Shown piece by piece: positions 37,533 through 46,220 of a DNA stretch of 64,000 bases. Where the stretch lies: positions 5,862 through 69,861 of the forward strand of contig DATIKQ010000033.1 of NCBI GenBank assembly GCA_035477395.1, written 5' to 3'. The notes below the pieces were generated by a model, which did no database searches, was not told the DNA's origin, and worked only from the letters and a program-made list of their open reading frames with translations. The DNA is from Longimicrobiales bacterium (GTDB taxonomy: Bacteria; Gemmatimonadota; Gemmatimonadetes; Longimicrobiales; Gaopeijiaceae). Made by a program: the position numbers and the translations under genes. Numbering within the stretch: position 1 is the first letter of the stretch; the number at the start of each line of letters is the position of its first letter.

Positions 37533-40337
37533 ATGTCCCCACGTCGTGCCCGTCGTGTCGGCGCGTTGGCGGTGCTGATCTTCGCCGCCATCGCCGCCGC
37601 AGGTCCAGCCCAAGCGCAGGAGCTCACAACCCCAGAGGCCTTCTTCGGCCACGCCATCGGCGCGGATTACCAGCTACCCAACTACACGAAGTTCGAGGCC
37701 TACTGGCGCATTCTTGACCTCGAGAGCCCCAGGATGGTCGTGCAGGAGATCGGCAGGACCGCGGAGGGCCGGGCGCAGCTCATGGCCATCGTGACGTCCC
37801 CCGAGAACCACGCGAAGCTCGCCCGCTACAAGGAGATCTCCCAGCGCCTCGCGCTGGCCGAGGGCGTCACCGAGGAGGAGGCCAAAGCCCTGGCCAGGGA
37901 GGGCAAGGCCGTGGTCTGGATCGACGGCGGCCTCCACGGCTCCGAGGTGCTCGGTGCGCAGCAGCTCATGGAGACCATCTGGCAGATGGTGAGCCGCAAC
38001 GACGAGGAGACGCTCCGATTCCTCGACGACGTGATCACGCTCTTCGTCCACGCCAACCCGGACGGGCAGGAGATCGTCAGCGATTGGTACATGCGCGAAG
38101 CCGACCCGCTCAAGCGCACCACGGGCGGGATCCCGCGGCTCTACCACAAGTACGTGGGGCACGACAACAACCGCGACTCGTACATGGCTGCCATGCCTGA
38201 GACCGAGAGCATGTCCCGGCAGCTCTACATCGAGTGGATGCCGCAGATCATGTACAACCACCACCAGGTGGGCCCGGCAGGCGCCGTCATGTTCGCGCCG
38301 CCGTTCCGGTATCCGGCCAACTACAACATCGACCCCCTGGTCCTGGCGGGCATCGAGCAGGTCGGCATGGCCATGCAGGCGCGCTTCCTGTTCGAGGGGA
38401 AGCCCGGCGTTACCATGAAGGAGGGCGGTCCTTTCTCCACGTGGTGGAACGGGGGCCTCCGCACCACGACCTACTTCCACAACCAGATCGGGATCCTCAC
38501 CGAGACCCAGGGGAATCCCACGCCCATCCAGGTCCAGTTCGTCCCCAGCCGGATCCTTCCGGATGGGGACTACTTCATGCCCATCGCCCCGCAGCCCTGG
38601 CATTTCCGTCAGTCGGTGGATTACGAGGTGACCGCCAACAAGGCGATCCTGGATCACGCTTCCCGGAACCGCGAGCAACTCCTGCTCAACATCTGGAAGG
38701 TGGGGCGGAGCCAGATCGAGAAGGGGAGCACCGACACGTGGACCGTGACGCCCACGCGGGTCGCCCGCCTCTACGAGGCCCTCGAGCGGGATGGGAATCC
38801 CGAGCGGTTCCTGGGTCCCCAGACCGGAGCCCTGGCTGGCTACTTCTCCTCGGGGGTCCCCGCTCGATACTTCGAGTCGGAGCTCCGCAGGCCCGAGGAC
38901 CGTGACCCGCGAGGCTATGTCATCCCCTCCGACCAGCGGGACTTCCCCACGGCCACCAAGTTCGTCAACGCCCTCATCAAGTCCGGGGTGACCGTCCACC
39001 GCGCCACGGCTCCCTTCGTGATCGGCGCCAAGCGGTATCCGGCCGACTCCTGGGTGGTGAAGACCGCCCAGGCCTACCGGCCTCACGTTCTCGACATGTT
39101 CGAGCCCCAGGACCACCCGAACGACTTCAAGTACGAGGGCGGCCCACCCGTTGCCCCCTATGACAATGCCGGCTACACGCTCGCCTTCCAGATGGGGATC
39201 CAGTTCGACCGCATCCTCGAGGGCTTCGAGGGTCCCTTCGAGCGGGTCACGGGCTTGCGGCGCCCGCCCGCCCGAGCGGTCTCGGGCATCCCCGGCGCAG
39301 CCGGGTTCCTCCTCAGCCACGCGCAGAACGACGTGGCGGTGGTCACGAATCGGCTGCTGGCTGAGGGCATGCGGGTTAACTGGCTAAAGGAGTCCATCAC
39401 GGTTAGTGGCACGACCTATCCGGCTGGTACAGTCTACGTGCCTGCCGCCCAGGGCGTTGTGGAAAAGCTGTCACAGTGGGCCGCCGAGTTGGGTGTGGAT
39501 GTTCATGGCGTCTCGACTGCGCCACGAGTCCCGGCCCTCGAGCTCAACTCCGTCCGCGTCGGGCTCTGGGACCAGTACGGGGGATCCATGCCCTCCGGTT
39601 GGACGCGTTGGCTGTTCGAGCAGTTCGAGTTCCCCTTCGAGGTGGTCTATCCCAAGACGCTCGACGGGGGCGACCTGCGCAAACAGTATGACGTTCTGGT
39701 TTTCGTGACCGACGCCATCCCCACCTCCGATGAGGGAAGCTCGGGCTTCGAGATCTTCGGAGATGCCCCAACGGACATCCCGGAGCAGTACCGGGCCTGG
39801 CTCGGGTCGGTGACCGTGAAGGAGACGGTGCCGCAGCTCCTCCGCTTCATGGAGGAGGGAGGCACGATCATCGCGGTGGGGTCCTCGGTGGCCATCGCCA
39901 CCCACGCCGGGCTCCCCCTTACGGACCACCTCGTGGACGGGGAGGGCCGGCCCGTGGGGGAGGGGGACTACTACGTCCCGGGATCCGTGCTACGGGTGCG
40001 GGTGGACACCACCAGGCCCATCGCATGGGGCCTGGAGGAGGAGTTGGACGTCTTCTTCGACAACAGCCCGGTGTTCCGGCTCCAGCCCGCCGCGGTCGGC
40101 ATGGGGCTCAAGCCGGTGGCATGGTTCGATTCTCCCGCGCCGCTGAGGAGCGGCTGGGCGTGGGGGCAGCACCGGCTGCAGGGCGGGGTAGCCATGGCAG
40201 AGGCGCAAGTTGGTAATGGCAACCTTTTCCTCTTCGGCCCCGAGGTCACGCAGCGCGGCCAGCCCCACGGCACCTTCAAACTCCTCTTCAACGGCATATT
40301 CCTGGCGGCGGCCACCGAGGGGCGTCCCATCTCCTGA
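37533..40337 (+). CDS. Large secreted M14-family metallocarboxypeptidase with C-terminal extension
   Basis: Signal ALAVLIFAAIAAAGPAQAQE. Zn ligands in GGLHGSEV (HxxE), and VHANPDGQ. About 934 aa. Confidence 0.75.
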   Translation: MSPRRARRVGALAVLIFAAIAAAGPAQAQELTTPEAFFGHAIGADYQLPNYTKFEAYWRILDLESPRMVVQEIGRTAEGRAQLMAIVTSPENHAKLARYKEISQRLALAEGVTEEEAKALAREGKAVVWIDGGLHGSEVLGAQQLMETIWQMVSRNDEETLRFLDDVITLFVHANPDGQEIVSDWYMREADPLKRTTGGIPRLYHKYVGHDNNRDSYMAAMPETESMSRQLYIEWMPQIMYNHHQVGPAGAVMFAPPFRYPANYNIDPLVLAGIEQVGMAMQARFLFEGKPGVTMKEGGPFSTWWNGGLRTTTYFHNQIGILTETQGNPTPIQVQFVPSRILPDGDYFMPIAPQPWHFRQSVDYEVTANKAILDHASRNREQLLLNIWKVGRSQIEKGSTDTWTVTPTRVARLYEALERDGNPERFLGPQTGALAGYFSSGVPARYFESELRRPEDRDPRGYVIPSDQRDFPTATKFVNALIKSGVTVHRATAPFVIGAKRYPADSWVVKTAQAYRPHVLDMFEPQDHPNDFKYEGGPPVAPYDNAGYTLAFQMGIQFDRILEGFEGPFERVTGLRRPPARAVSGIPGAAGFLLSHAQNDVAVVTNRLLAEGMRVNWLKESITVSGTTYPAGTVYVPAAQGVVEKLSQWAAELGVDVHGVSTAPRVPALELNSVRVGLWDQYGGSMPSGWTRWLFEQFEFPFEVVYPKTLDGGDLRKQYDVLVFVTDAIPTSDEGSSGFEIFGDAPTDIPEQYRAWLGSVTVKETVPQLLRFMEEGGTIIAVGSSVAIATHAGLPLTDHLVDGEGRPVGEGDYYVPGSVLRVRVDTTRPIAWGLEEELDVFFDNSPVFRLQPAAVGMGLKPVAWFDSPAPLRSGWAWGQHRLQGGVAMAEAQVGNGNLFLFGPEVTQRGQPHGTFKLLFNGIFLAAATEGRPIS

Positions 40338-40364
40338 GGCGTCGTGGAGGACGGTGCGACATGG

Positions 40365-40450
40365 GACGGGGGCCCGGCAGGCGGAATCGGGCCCCCGTCC
40401 GAGAGGCCCCCAGTGCGCCCCAGTCCGAGAGGCGCCGGCCGGCGCCTCTC
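40365..40450 (+). terminator. Two tandem GC hairpins after the M14 gene
   Basis: Hairpin 1: gacgggggccc / 13 nt / gggcccccgtc. Hairpin 2: gagaggcgcc / ggcc / ggcgcctctc, then ttgccgtctcc. Each is followed or preceded by the repeated word gtccgagaggc. Confidence 0.65.
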
Positions 40451-40475
40451 TTGCCGTCTCCGGTCGCGATGAATA

Positions 40476-40494
40476 TGGTTGCGTATGGCAACCA
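40476..40494. promoter_or_regulatory. Inverted repeat overlapping the MarR start region (candidate autoregulatory operator)
   Basis: TGGTTGC-gtatg-GCAACCA gives perfect 7-bp arms. It overlaps the candidate start codons 40479/40485/40494. Confidence 0.4.
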
Positions 40495-40979
40495 TGCACG
40501 GGTCCGCGGCCGATTCTCTCATCCAGGCCAAGGCATTCCAGCGCGCGCTCCTGGAGTTGCTTCCGCTGGTCGAGTTCCGGGAACGCGAGCTCGCGGCCGC
40601 CTACGGCATCAGCCTCACCCAGTGCCTCGCACTCAGGCTCTGGGCGGAGGAGAGGGCACTCTCGGTCAACGATCTGGCGGCGCGCCTCTATCTGGACAAG
40701 AGCACGGCCAGCCGGGTGGCCTCAGGGCTCGAGACCAAGGGGTATCTGGTCAGGACCAGGGACCGCCAGGACGGCAGGGTCGTCCGGCTCGAGCCGACTC
40801 CCGCGGGCCATCGGCTCCGTGGGCGCATCGAGGACGACATGGCGCTCGTCCATGCCGAGCTCCTCTCGGACTTCGATCCGGAAGTCCGGTCGGCCCTCAC
40901 GCGCATGATCTTGCGGGTGGTGGGGTCGTTCAGTGCGCGTGTCCGAGCCTCACGCGGGACATGCCGCGTGGTCGGCTGA
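40485..40979 (+). CDS. MarR-family transcriptional regulator
   Basis: Winged-helix core LTQCLALRLWAEERALSVNDLAARLYLDKSTASRVASGLETKGYLVRTRDRQDGRVVRLEPTPAG. Confidence 0.85.
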   Translation: MATMHGSAADSLIQAKAFQRALLELLPLVEFRERELAAAYGISLTQCLALRLWAEERALSVNDLAARLYLDKSTASRVASGLETKGYLVRTRDRQDGRVVRLEPTPAGHRLRGRIEDDMALVHAELLSDFDPEVRSALTRMILRVVGSFSARVRASRGTCRVVG

Positions 40980-41007
40980 TCGGCGGCCTCGGTCGGCGCC
41001 GGCCCCC

Positions 41008-41673
41008 TCACCCCCAGATGTCGAAGAAGTCCACCTGACCACCGGCCGAGCCGCCACGGCTCCCGTCCGTCAGGTACCCGCCCAGGATCCTGACCGCCTC
41101 CTGCGCACGGCGCTCCCGGGGAATCGGGTCCGCTCGACCTTCGCCGCCACCCTCCTCGAGCACCGCCAGGATCGCCTGGAGCCCCAGGCGTACTCCCACC
41201 TGCGGGTCTGGATGGCTCATCTCCCCGGCCCGCGCCAGGAGGAGCCCCTCGATGCCTCCGAGGACATGCGCCTGGAAGGCCCCGAACGCCCCGTCGCCGG
41301 CTCCGGATGACCGCCGCAGGTCCCTGAGGTAGGTGGCCCGGGCCGTGACCGCCTCCGCCAGGAGGCGAACCGCACCCTCCACCACTTCCTCCAACCCCAG
41401 CCCCTCCATCTCCCGGGAGGCGACCGCCTCGTCCCACCTCGCCGCGGCCTCCCGCCACATGCGCTCTCCCAGGTAGGCGAGGAGCTCGTCCTTGCCCGCG
41501 AAGCGGGCATAGAAGGACCCCACCGACGATCCCGCACGCTCCACGATCGCCTGCACGGTCAGTCCGTCCAGGCCGCCCTCGTCCAGGATCTGGAGGGAGG
41601 CGCGCACGATCCGCTCCAGTGTCCGGCGGGAGCGCAACTGCCTGGGAGGATGCAGGGGAAGGAGGTCTGTCAC
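41008..41673 (-). CDS. TetR/AcrR-family transcriptional regulator
   Basis: N-terminal HTH RIVRASLQILDEGGLDGLTVQAIVERAGSSVGSFYARFAGKDELL. Confidence 0.85.
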   Translation of the reverse strand: MTDLLPLHPPRQLRSRRTLERIVRASLQILDEGGLDGLTVQAIVERAGSSVGSFYARFAGKDELLAYLGERMWREAAARWDEAVASREMEGLGLEEVVEGAVRLLAEAVTARATYLRDLRRSSGAGDGAFGAFQAHVLGGIEGLLLARAGEMSHPDPQVGVRLGLQAILAVLEEGGGEGRADPIPRERRAQEAVRILGGYLTDGSRGGSAGGQVDFFDIWG

Positions 41674-41683
41674 GGGCAGCTCC

Positions 41684-41697
41684 TAGAACAAGGTTCT
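41684..41697. promoter_or_regulatory. Palindrome in AT-rich patch upstream of the TetR gene (candidate operator)
   Basis: TAGAAC-aa-GGTTCT-type inverted repeat 11 nt upstream of the GTG start. Followed by gattctaacaaag. Confidence 0.35.
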
Positions 41698-41880
41698 GAT
41701 TCTAACAAAGCACACATGCGGCTCTCCTGCAAGGCTTCCATGGAACCCGCCCCGAGGTGGACGCACCCCCGGGTCCAGGCGCACCGACGGGCGCGCGGCA
41801 TCGAGGTCCTGACGCCGCCCTGACGCGCCATTCCCACGCTCGCACCCCCCTCAGGGTGCGTCTTCCCACCTGGAGTCCCC

Positions 41881-42786
41881 ATGTTGCCACCCAACCATCC
41901 CCCGGCGCTCTCCCTCCTCACCCACCCGTACCGGAGCCTCATCCCCGTCACCGGAGGAAAGCGACAGCTCCGCTCCGACGGGAGAGGCCCGGGGAGCGCC
42001 CTGGTCTGGTGCCTCCGCGCCGGAGCCCACGAACAAGACATCTCCGTGGTGCGGGACCGACCAGGGGGCCTGGCCCTGGTCGTCGTGCTCCCCCCCTCGG
42101 CGGCGCCGGCGTCGGACGCCGGTCTCCTCGCCACGGTCGACTCCGTGCGCCCCGCGGCCGTGCTCCCCTTCCATCCTGAGCCGGACGTGGACGATCTCGC
42201 CTCCTTGCTCCGCCGGCCCCCCGAGGACCTGGCCGTGGAGGTCACCGACTACGTGGCGTGGCGCGGTCTCAAGCTGGACCGGGAGACCGTCCACCTCATC
42301 CGCCGGATCGTGGCGCTCTCGGCCGATCTCAGGTCCATCACGGCCCTGTGCCGGTCCCTCTACATGTCCCGGCGCGCGCTGGGCCGGCGCTTCGTGGCCC
42401 ATGGTCTCCCGGTCCCGTCCCACTGGCTTCACTTCGCCCGCCTGCTGAGGGTGGCCATCCGCCTCCAGAACACCGAGGACAGCGTCCTTGCCGTGGGCTT
42501 CGAGGTGGGATACCCGGACGCCTTCTCCCTGAGCAATCAGATGGTGCGCCTCACCGGGTATCGCCCCTCCGACGCGCGGGCGTTCCTCGGGTGGGAGTGG
42601 CTCATGGAGGCCTGGCTGCGCAGAGAGGCGGACGAGGGCGCCCTCGCCCCCGACCTCACTCTCGACATCCTCGCCGATCCCCGGGCCGCGATGGTGCTCG
42701 GGCTCCGCTCGCCCGTCGGGATGGTGGCTGAGAACGGGCCGGACACGCTTCTGTCCCAGGGTAGCCCTGGGAAGGCTGCCGGATGA
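41881..42786 (+). CDS. AraC-family-type HTH regulator
   Basis: C-terminal two-HTH block ITALCRSLYMSRRALGRRFVAHG...VLAVGFEVGYPDAFSLSNQMVRLTGYRPSDARAF. Confidence 0.65.
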   Translation: MLPPNHPPALSLLTHPYRSLIPVTGGKRQLRSDGRGPGSALVWCLRAGAHEQDISVVRDRPGGLALVVVLPPSAAPASDAGLLATVDSVRPAAVLPFHPEPDVDDLASLLRRPPEDLAVEVTDYVAWRGLKLDRETVHLIRRIVALSADLRSITALCRSLYMSRRALGRRFVAHGLPVPSHWLHFARLLRVAIRLQNTEDSVLAVGFEVGYPDAFSLSNQMVRLTGYRPSDARAFLGWEWLMEAWLRREADEGALAPDLTLDILADPRAAMVLGLRSPVGMVAENGPDTLLSQGSPGKAAG

Positions 42787-45700
42787 GGGGGTTGCCGACG
42801 GGCCGGAGCCATCGGAGATTCGCCACCTCCCCCCTGGTGCACCATCATGAGGCCGCGCTCCCCCCCGGCGGAGCGTCGGGGGATCTACGCGTGAGCGCAG
42901 CCAGAACCGAACATGACCGGCCGCAGTTGACGCTCTTCGGGGGCCCGCTGCTCCAGCGTAGCCCTGGTGTGCCCGTCCTCCTCACGCCGTCCCACGAGCG
43001 CCTCCTCGCCCTGGTGTGGGGGCATGAGGATCGGGGCATCTCCCGCACCTCCGCCATCTGGCTCCTCTGGGAGGAGGAGGACGCCCCGAGGTCCCGCCAG
43101 CGCCTGAGGCAGCTTCTGCACGACCTCGGCACCCGCCTCGGCTTCAGGCCGCTGGCCAGCCACGGCGAGGGCCGCCTCGTGCCGGGCTCGGGACTCGTTG
43201 CATCGGATCTGGACCACTTCCATCACGCGCTCACCGCCCACGACCTCACCAAGGCCCTCTCCCTCTTCCGCCTCGGGTTCGCGTCGCGACTGGACGGGCG
43301 CACGGGGGGCGAGGAGTACGAGGACTGGCTGCTGGCGAAGCGCGAGGCCTTGCGGCGCATGCTCAGGGAGGCCGCCGCCCGGGCGTGGGACCAGGCCCGG
43401 CCGGCCGGAGCCTGGGAGCGGGCGCTGGATGCCGCGGAGGTGCTCGCGGCGCTCGACCCCGGGAATGAGGCCACGGTGACCAAGCTCGTGGAGGCGCGGG
43501 CCGTGACCGGCCGCATCCTGGGCGCGCAGCAGGCCGCGTGCGACTTCCTGGCCGGCCTCCCCTCGGGCACGCACCCGACCCGCGAGGCCGCCGCGCTCTT
43601 CGACCGCGTCCGCGACATGGGCCCAGCGCCCATCGTGACCGGCCCTTCGAACCGTGCCCAGCCACCGCTGGTCGGACGGCGGCATGCGCTCCAGGTCGCT
43701 CGCGGCGCCCTGGACCGGGTCGCGATGGGGAGCTTCGAGTTCCTGCTCTTCCGTGGCGAAGGTGGAGCCGGCAAGACGCGTCTCATGGAAGAGGTCCGCA
43801 GAGAGGCGGACGTGGCCGGGTTCCGCTGTCTCGGCGCCAGGCCCGTCGAGCTCGAACGAAGGATCCCCCTGAACCCTCTCGTCGACATGCTCGGCGATCC
43901 GTCCGTGGCTCCGCACATCCGGGGCCTCGACGAGCCGTGGCGCGCCGTCATCGCCTCCCTGCTGCCCACCCTTCCGGCGGGCATGGATCCCCCGGTGGTG
44001 CCACCCATCGCGGAGACCAGCCTCAGCCGCCGCCTCTACGACGCCTTCGCCACGCTCTTTGCCGCGATGGCCGACTCCGGCCCCCACCTGCTCTTCCTGG
44101 ACGACCTCCACTGGGCGGATGCGACGACCGTGGCGGTCCTCCAGTTCGTGCAGCGCCGCTGGCGCTCGGGTCCCCTGGGCGTCGTCGCCGCCATCCGCCC
44201 CGAGCTGATCAGCGGGTCCGACGAAGTGGCACGCTATCTCTCGAACAGCGGGGACCTCCCCGTGACGGCGGTGGAGCTCGACGACCTCACGGAAGGCGAG
44301 GCCCGCACGCTCCTCGATCTCGTGGCCGGCACCGAGCTCGACGCCCCGGCAGCCGACAGGCTCTTGGCGCTGGGCGGCAGGAACCCGTTCTATCTCATCG
44401 AGCTCACCCGCGACTTCGTGGCCGGGAAGGTGCAGCTCCCCGAGCTGCCCACCGAGGCGATCACGCTGCCCATCTCGCTGCGACAGCTCCTCGAGCCGAG
44501 GATCCAGGAATTGGGAGACGCAGCGGCCAACGTCGCCGCACATCTGGCCGTATGGGGCCGCGCGATCACGCTGCCGGAGCTCGCACTTCTCACGCGGAGT
44601 TCACTCGAGGACGCTGCCGGAAGCGTGGAGGAGCTGGAGCGCTGCCGCCTCGCGACGGTCGAAGTGGGGCAGGTGAGCCTCGGCCACGAGCTCTTCAGGA
44701 GCACCATCTACCAGAGCCTGACCGCCACGCGCCGATCACTCCTTCATGGACGCGTGGCCGAGTTCCTGAACGAACAGGACGGGCAGCAACCCGGCGAGAC
44801 AGCGATCCACTTCGCCCGCGCCGGCCACGCAGCGGGTGCGGCCAGGAGAGGGCGTGAGGCAGCCGACCGTGCCCTCGAGAGCGGAGCCATGGCGGAGGCC
44901 GCCTACTTCCTCCAGCTCGTAGTGGAGAACGTGGGCGATGCCACGCTCAAAGCGGAGGCGACGGCAGACCTGGCGAAAGTGCTCCACATGAACCGTGAGA
45001 TCACGCGCGCCAATCCCATGCTCGAGCTCGCGGCATCCCGCCTGCGCGCGGTCGGCCGGCACGACCGAGCCCTGCGCATGGACATCCGGCGCGTGGAGGG
45101 CCTGGCCGAGGTCGGCGCCGCGCCGCTCTCCGACCTTCTGGATCGCCTCGCCACCATCAAGTCGCTCGCCCGATCCGCCAACGACGACGAAGCCCTCGCC
45201 CTCGCCCTCGACTCCGAGCTGCACCTCCTGCACCGCAGCGGCCGGGTCACCGAGATCCGCGCCCTCTTCGACGAGATCCGACCCGTCACCGGGAGCCCCG
45301 ACCGGGCGGCCGCCTGCCTGGCCAACGCCGCATTGGCCTTGAATGTGCTCTTCGGCGACGCAGACGAGGCACTACGGTGTGCCCGGGAGGCGGTGCGGAT
45401 TGCGGAGGCGGGGGAGGGTAGTAGGCACCGCCTGGAATGTCTCAATCGGCTCTTTCTCGTTCTCCTTTACCTCGGACGCGCAAGGACCCCCGAGGGCGCT
45501 ACGACTCTCGCCCGCGCGCGGCAGCTCTCTGTGAAGAGCGGAGACCTCCTGAACCGTTTCCAGATCGAGTCTAACCAGGGCGTCGCCGAAATGGACGCGG
45601 GCGATCTGGATGACGCGAGTCAGTCGTTCGCGTCTGCCGCCGGGATCCTCCGAGGTGCGCAGGCGGCTGTCATGCGTCTGAACCACCAATACAATCTTGG

Positions 45701-46178
45701 CGAGCTTGCGTACTTCGAGGGAGACTACCCAACTGCCTTGGAGCACTTCAGGGCATCCGAGCAGTCGCTTGGGCCCTCCGTAATGCCGGCTGATATCCGG
45801 TTCCTAGTGAATGCAGCGATCGGCCTCTGCTCGGTGGAACTAGGCGCCTTTTCGGAGGCAAGACGCCGGGAGGAGGCAGTACGCGCATTCCAAGAGGCTT
45901 GGCATTTTGACCCAACGCTCCCATTGACCTTCTCGGTCCGTCTCCTCGAACGGCGCGCATCCCTCGCTGAGGCTTACGCAGCGCTCAACGGCGCCATGCC
46001 GGAAGTCCGGCTACGCTTCCCTGTCGCTTGGCTGAAGCTCCTGCCGCTCGAGGCCCGGCTAGCCCGACGGCTCCGGAAGCCAAATTGGGGGACCGCTGTC
46101 CAAGCTGGCATTTCCTTGGCGCAGGAACTCCGGCTAATCACGCGGGCGCGCATCCTTGAGGACGTCCTCAGGGTCTGA
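42783..46178 (+). CDS. STAND-type regulator: SARP-like wHTH/BTAD + AAA_16 P-loop NTPase + TPR/helical-repeat sensor
   Basis: ATGA overlap with the AraC-like gene. BTAD-like DLDHFHHAL...ALSLFRLGF...EDWLLAKREAL...ALDPGNE. Walker A RGEGGAGKTRL and Walker B LLFLDDLHWADATT. About 600 aa of helical repeats. Confidence 0.75.
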   Translation: MRGLPTGRSHRRFATSPLVHHHEAALPPGGASGDLRVSAARTEHDRPQLTLFGGPLLQRSPGVPVLLTPSHERLLALVWGHEDRGISRTSAIWLLWEEEDAPRSRQRLRQLLHDLGTRLGFRPLASHGEGRLVPGSGLVASDLDHFHHALTAHDLTKALSLFRLGFASRLDGRTGGEEYEDWLLAKREALRRMLREAAARAWDQARPAGAWERALDAAEVLAALDPGNEATVTKLVEARAVTGRILGAQQAACDFLAGLPSGTHPTREAAALFDRVRDMGPAPIVTGPSNRAQPPLVGRRHALQVARGALDRVAMGSFEFLLFRGEGGAGKTRLMEEVRREADVAGFRCLGARPVELERRIPLNPLVDMLGDPSVAPHIRGLDEPWRAVIASLLPTLPAGMDPPVVPPIAETSLSRRLYDAFATLFAAMADSGPHLLFLDDLHWADATTVAVLQFVQRRWRSGPLGVVAAIRPELISGSDEVARYLSNSGDLPVTAVELDDLTEGEARTLLDLVAGTELDAPAADRLLALGGRNPFYLIELTRDFVAGKVQLPELPTEAITLPISLRQLLEPRIQELGDAAANVAAHLAVWGRAITLPELALLTRSSLEDAAGSVEELERCRLATVEVGQVSLGHELFRSTIYQSLTATRRSLLHGRVAEFLNEQDGQQPGETAIHFARAGHAAGAARRGREAADRALESGAMAEAAYFLQLVVENVGDATLKAEATADLAKVLHMNREITRANPMLELAASRLRAVGRHDRALRMDIRRVEGLAEVGAAPLSDLLDRLATIKSLARSANDDEALALALDSELHLLHRSGRVTEIRALFDEIRPVTGSPDRAAACLANAALALNVLFGDADEALRCAREAVRIAEAGEGSRHRLECLNRLFLVLLYLGRARTPEGATTLARARQLSVKSGDLLNRFQIESNQGVAEMDAGDLDDASQSFASAAGILRGAQAAVMRLNHQYNLGELAYFEGDYPTALEHFRASEQSLGPSVMPADIRFLVNAAIGLCSVELGAFSEARRREEAVRAFQEAWHFDPTLPLTFSVRLLERRASLAEAYAALNGAMPEVRLRFPVAWLKLLPLEARLARRLRKPNWGTAVQAGISLAQELRLITRARILEDVLRV

Positions 46179-46220
46179 GGTGGCTTCTCCGAGTTGAGAC
46201 CCACCACTCCGCCCGTCGTG

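Noticed and set aside
37674-39320. 548-aa ORF antisense to the M14 peptidase.
   Set aside because: The M14 frame has a signal peptide and HxxE zinc motif. The antisense ORF is low complexity.
42885-44857. ORFs 42885-44543 (-) and 43538-44857 (+) overlapping the STAND regulator.
   Set aside because: The STAND frame carries Walker A/B and BTAD motifs across the whole region. The alternatives are Arg/Gly/Pro-rich.
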